Of a DNA stretch of 64,000 nucleotides, positions 61,267 to 64,000 are shown piece by piece. The DNA comes from an uncultured Pelagibacteraceae bacterium. Lineage in GTDB: Bacteria > Pseudomonadota > Alphaproteobacteria > Pelagibacterales > Pelagibacteraceae. The notes under the pieces are model-generated. The model was not told the origin of the DNA and did no database searches. It saw only the letters and a program-made list of their open reading frames with translations. The stretch is from contig CACEIC010000001.1 of assembly GCA_902559605.1 (NCBI GenBank), forward strand, positions 41,056 through 105,055. The letters run 5' to 3'. A program made the translations under genes and the position numbers. How positions within the stretch are numbered: position 1 is the stretch's first letter; each line of letters opens with the position of its first letter.

Positions 61267-62946
61267 TTAGGAATTATTATTTAAGCCATTATATAATTTT
61301 TCCTTAACTTTAATTTTTAATTCTTCGTCTGCTTCGTCACTATTTAAAGCACTTTTCCAAAAATAATTAGCTTGGATTTTTCTATTTAATTGCCAAAGAA
61401 CATCTCCATAATGATCACTTGCAACAGGATCACTTGGTAACAATTCAACAGCTTTTCTTAAATATTTTTCTGCTTCAATATAATTTCCTGTCAAATAATA
61501 ACCCCAACCAACTGAGTCTGTTATATAAGGGTCTTCTTCTTTCCCTTTGTAAGCTTGATTCAACATTTCTATTGCTTCTTCAATTTTATATCCTCTTTCT
61601 AACCAACTATAAGCAAGATAGTTAAGTGTATAGGGTTCGTCGGGTCTAATTTTAATTGAATTTAGCAAATCCTTATCCGCCAAATCATAATTTTTTAATC
61701 TTTCATACGCTCCACCTCTGCGATAAAGAACATCTGCATAAGCCATAGAATTTTTATCCAAATTTTTTAAGGCCAAAGTATAATAATTTATAGCCTCATC
61801 ATATTTTTTAAAGTTTTTGTAAATATTTGCCAAATCATAAATCATCTTTGTCGATTTATTATTAAATTTTTCAAGATTTTTTAATATATAGTTCAAACTT
61901 GCATCATAATTTTCTTCCTCTGCTATAATTCTGGCAATCTTCTTTGTTTTGTACCAAAAAAATATTTCATCCTTATCGTCAAATTTTTCGAAAGTTTTTT
62001 TTGCTAGATCATAATTATTATTAGACTGATAGTTTTCAGCTATTAATGATAAATTAAAATAAAATTTTGGATTTAAATAATTTGAAATATTTAAATATAT
62101 GTTTGAGTAATCAAATCTACTTTGAGATGAATAAAAATTAGATATAAGGAAAAAGAATTCTGCCAAAATATCATTCTCATTTTGACATGAAAAATGCTGT
62201 GTTAATTTTGTATATTTTTTTTCATCTATCCATCTTTTTACTTGAGAAATAAGCAAACTACTTCTTAAAGGATCTATTGTATCTGCAAAATTATCAACTG
62301 TTGCAAGGTCATTATTAGACACTTCGTTACTCAAATAAAAAAAAGTATATCTAGAGTAATCACTTTGAGGATCGTTAATTAAATTTAAAAAATAAGGCTC
62401 AGTTTTTTTGGAATTCAAATAACAATTTTGAAAAGCCATGTTTATCAAATCTAATTTTCCAAATTGCTCAACAATGTCAGATTTTTTATATATAAAAAGA
62501 TCAATGTAACTTTTTAAGCTAGAATAAATTATAAATTTGTATGAGTCGTCCTCTTTGAACTTTTCCAATTTTTTTAACTTCAAAGCTGCTTGTTTAAACT
62601 TTTTCTTGTTAATGCTATCTAAAATTAATAATAAATTTCCTTCAAAAAAATCTCCTCCTATTGAGGTATTAGAATATTTTACTTGTTTAATTGCTTTTTT
62701 AACCTGTCCATCCAAAAGTAAAGAAAATACATATTCTTGCAAAAAACTATCATGTGATTGAATTAATATTTTTGAATTTTCAAAAAACTTAAGAGCATCG
62801 TTATTTTTCTGATTATCAAATGATAATAATGCTGAAAGATAATTTGATAGATACTTCTGGTTGAATTCTTTTTCATTCGCTGCTTTTGAATAGAGATTTG
62901 TTTGGTATAGAATTAATATTATAAAACAAAAAATTTTTAAAAACAT
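61267..62946 (-). CDS. Tetratricopeptide-repeat protein
   Basis: LNYLAYSW...DSVGWGYY...DHYGD TPR block, typical upstream of ispE. Confidence 0.88.
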   Translation of the reverse strand: MFLKIFCFIILILYQTNLYSKAANEKEFNQKYLSNYLSALLSFDNQKNNDALKFFENSKILIQSHDSFLQEYVFSLLLDGQVKKAIKQVKYSNTSIGGDFFEGNLLLILDSINKKKFKQAALKLKKLEKFKEDDSYKFIIYSSLKSYIDLFIYKKSDIVEQFGKLDLINMAFQNCYLNSKKTEPYFLNLINDPQSDYSRYTFFYLSNEVSNNDLATVDNFADTIDPLRSSLLISQVKRWIDEKKYTKLTQHFSCQNENDILAEFFFLISNFYSSQSRFDYSNIYLNISNYLNPKFYFNLSLIAENYQSNNNYDLAKKTFEKFDDKDEIFFWYKTKKIARIIAEEENYDASLNYILKNLEKFNNKSTKMIYDLANIYKNFKKYDEAINYYTLALKNLDKNSMAYADVLYRRGGAYERLKNYDLADKDLLNSIKIRPDEPYTLNYLAYSWLERGYKIEEAIEMLNQAYKGKEEDPYITDSVGWGYYLTGNYIEAEKYLRKAVELLPSDPVASDHYGDVLWQLNRKIQANYFWKSALNSDEADEELKIKVKEKLYNGLNNNS

Positions 62947-62956
62947 TTTTTACTTT

Positions 62957-63661
62957 ATGACTTTAAATGAAAAAAATCAAAATGACATATTTGATAATGA
63001 TTTATTAAAGGAGCTAGGTATTGAATATGAATTTAGTGATGAGCCAATAAATAGATTTAAAAATAGTGCTTCAAATGATGAAAAATCTGAAGAATTAGCA
63101 AAACTTAGAGTTGAAATTGAAAAGATCGAAGATTGTGAACTAAAAAATAGTGCAAAAAATCTTGTTTTCAGTGATGGAAATTCATCTTCAAAAATAATGA
63201 TTGTAGGTGAAGGACCTGGACAAAAAGAAGATGAATTAGGAAAACCTTTTGTTGGTGATGCAGGAATGCTTTTAAATAAAATGTTGAAAGCTATTAATTT
63301 AGATAGAACTAACGTGTATATAACTAATGTTGTAAATTATAGACCTCCAAATAACAGAAAGCCTGAAATATCGGAAATAAATAGATACTCTGAATATTTA
63401 AGAAAACATATTTCGATTATAAATCCAGAGATACTTATTTTAATGGGAAGCACAGCAATGGAAGCGCTCTTCGGGAATAAAATTAAAATCTCTAAAGAAA
63501 GAGGAAAATGGAAGGAAGTAATAATTAATAATAAAACATATTTAACAATGATAACTTTTCACCCAGCATATCTATTAAGACAAGCAGAGCAAAAAAAATA
63601 TTCTTGGGCCGATCTTAAAGAAATTAGAAAAAAAATAGATGAAACTAGTTTAGAGATTTAA
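62957..63661 (+). CDS. Uracil-DNA glycosylase, family 4
   Basis: GEGPGxxED, PFVG, RPPNNR and HPAYLLR motifs. Confidence 0.92.
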   Translation: MTLNEKNQNDIFDNDLLKELGIEYEFSDEPINRFKNSASNDEKSEELAKLRVEIEKIEDCELKNSAKNLVFSDGNSSSKIMIVGEGPGQKEDELGKPFVGDAGMLLNKMLKAINLDRTNVYITNVVNYRPPNNRKPEISEINRYSEYLRKHISIINPEILILMGSTAMEALFGNKIKISKERGKWKEVIINNKTYLTMITFHPAYLLRQAEQKKYSWADLKEIRKKIDETSLEI

Positions 63662-63680
63662 ATTTTTAATAATACTTTAT

Positions 63681-64000
63681 ATGAAAAAAATTATTGCTGG
63701 GGTTGATGAAGTTGGGAGAGGAAGCCTTGTAGGACCTGTTTATGCAGCTGCTGTTATATTAAATAAAGAAATTAATAGAAAAATTCTAAAAGATTCAAAA
63801 AAACTTAACAAAATTCAGAGGGAAACTTTAGCTAAATATATAAAAAAAAATTCAGTTTGGGCGTTAGGATCTGCATCAATAAAGGAAATTGAAAAAATTA
63901 ATATTTTAAATGCTAGCCTACTTTCAATGAAAAGAGCAATTAAGAAACTCAAATTGAAACCTAAAAAAGTTTTAATAGATGGTAATAAACCACCAGACTT
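63681..64000 (+). CDS. rnhB: Ribonuclease HII, truncated by the window edge
   Basis: Manual translation: MKKIIAGVDEVGRGSLVGPV...DSKKL...NILNAS...LIDGN. Confidence 0.94.
   Translation, partial: MKKIIAGVDEVGRGSLVGPVYAAAVILNKEINRKILKDSKKLNKIQRETLAKYIKKNSVWALGSASIKEIEKINILNASLLSMKRAIKKLKLKPKKVLIDGNKPPD

Noticed and set aside
2516-62761. Many 60-140-aa ORFs in the track that lie antisense or off-frame within core genes (e.g. 6967-7311, 26640-26984, 45308-45736, 58307-58666, 12845-13027)
   Set aside because: They are shadows of well-supported genes, with F/L/I/S-rich composition and no motifs.

Overview
AT-rich, densely packed alphaproteobacterial chromosome segment. Gene content and order suggest Pelagibacterales (SAR11); this is an inference from the proteins, not a database result. 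Left part (1-17 kb): a minus-strand dcw cluster with ftsZ placed between mraZ and rsmH and a murE-murF fusion, followed by rnpB, an amidase, mlaA/mlaC and tRNA-Ile2(CAU). Middle (17.2-26.4 kb): a ~9.2-kb island with no recognisable integrase, inserted at the anticodon loop of tRNA-Ile2. The island duplicates the 5' half of the tRNA (40 bp) rather than the usual 3' half and carries an identical 22-bp arm-like repeat near each end. Its cargo includes a candidate undescribed defence or regulatory module: a small 74-aa protein, a wHTH-like protein, a MORC-like GHKL ATPase, a 21-bp RNA hairpin and a 708-aa protein fusing RNAP alpha-CTD and sigma70 region-4 domains. An LRR protein also lies in the island. 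Right part (26.4-64 kb): core genes (tRNA-Val overlapping the rpoD stop codon, dnaG, carAB, trxB, uvrB/C, a petP-petR-sensor kinase set, lgt, prs, rplY, pth, ychF, petABC, hemF, greA, cca, tRNA-Gln, ispE, UDG, partial rnhB). No CRISPR array, rRNA or IS was seen.
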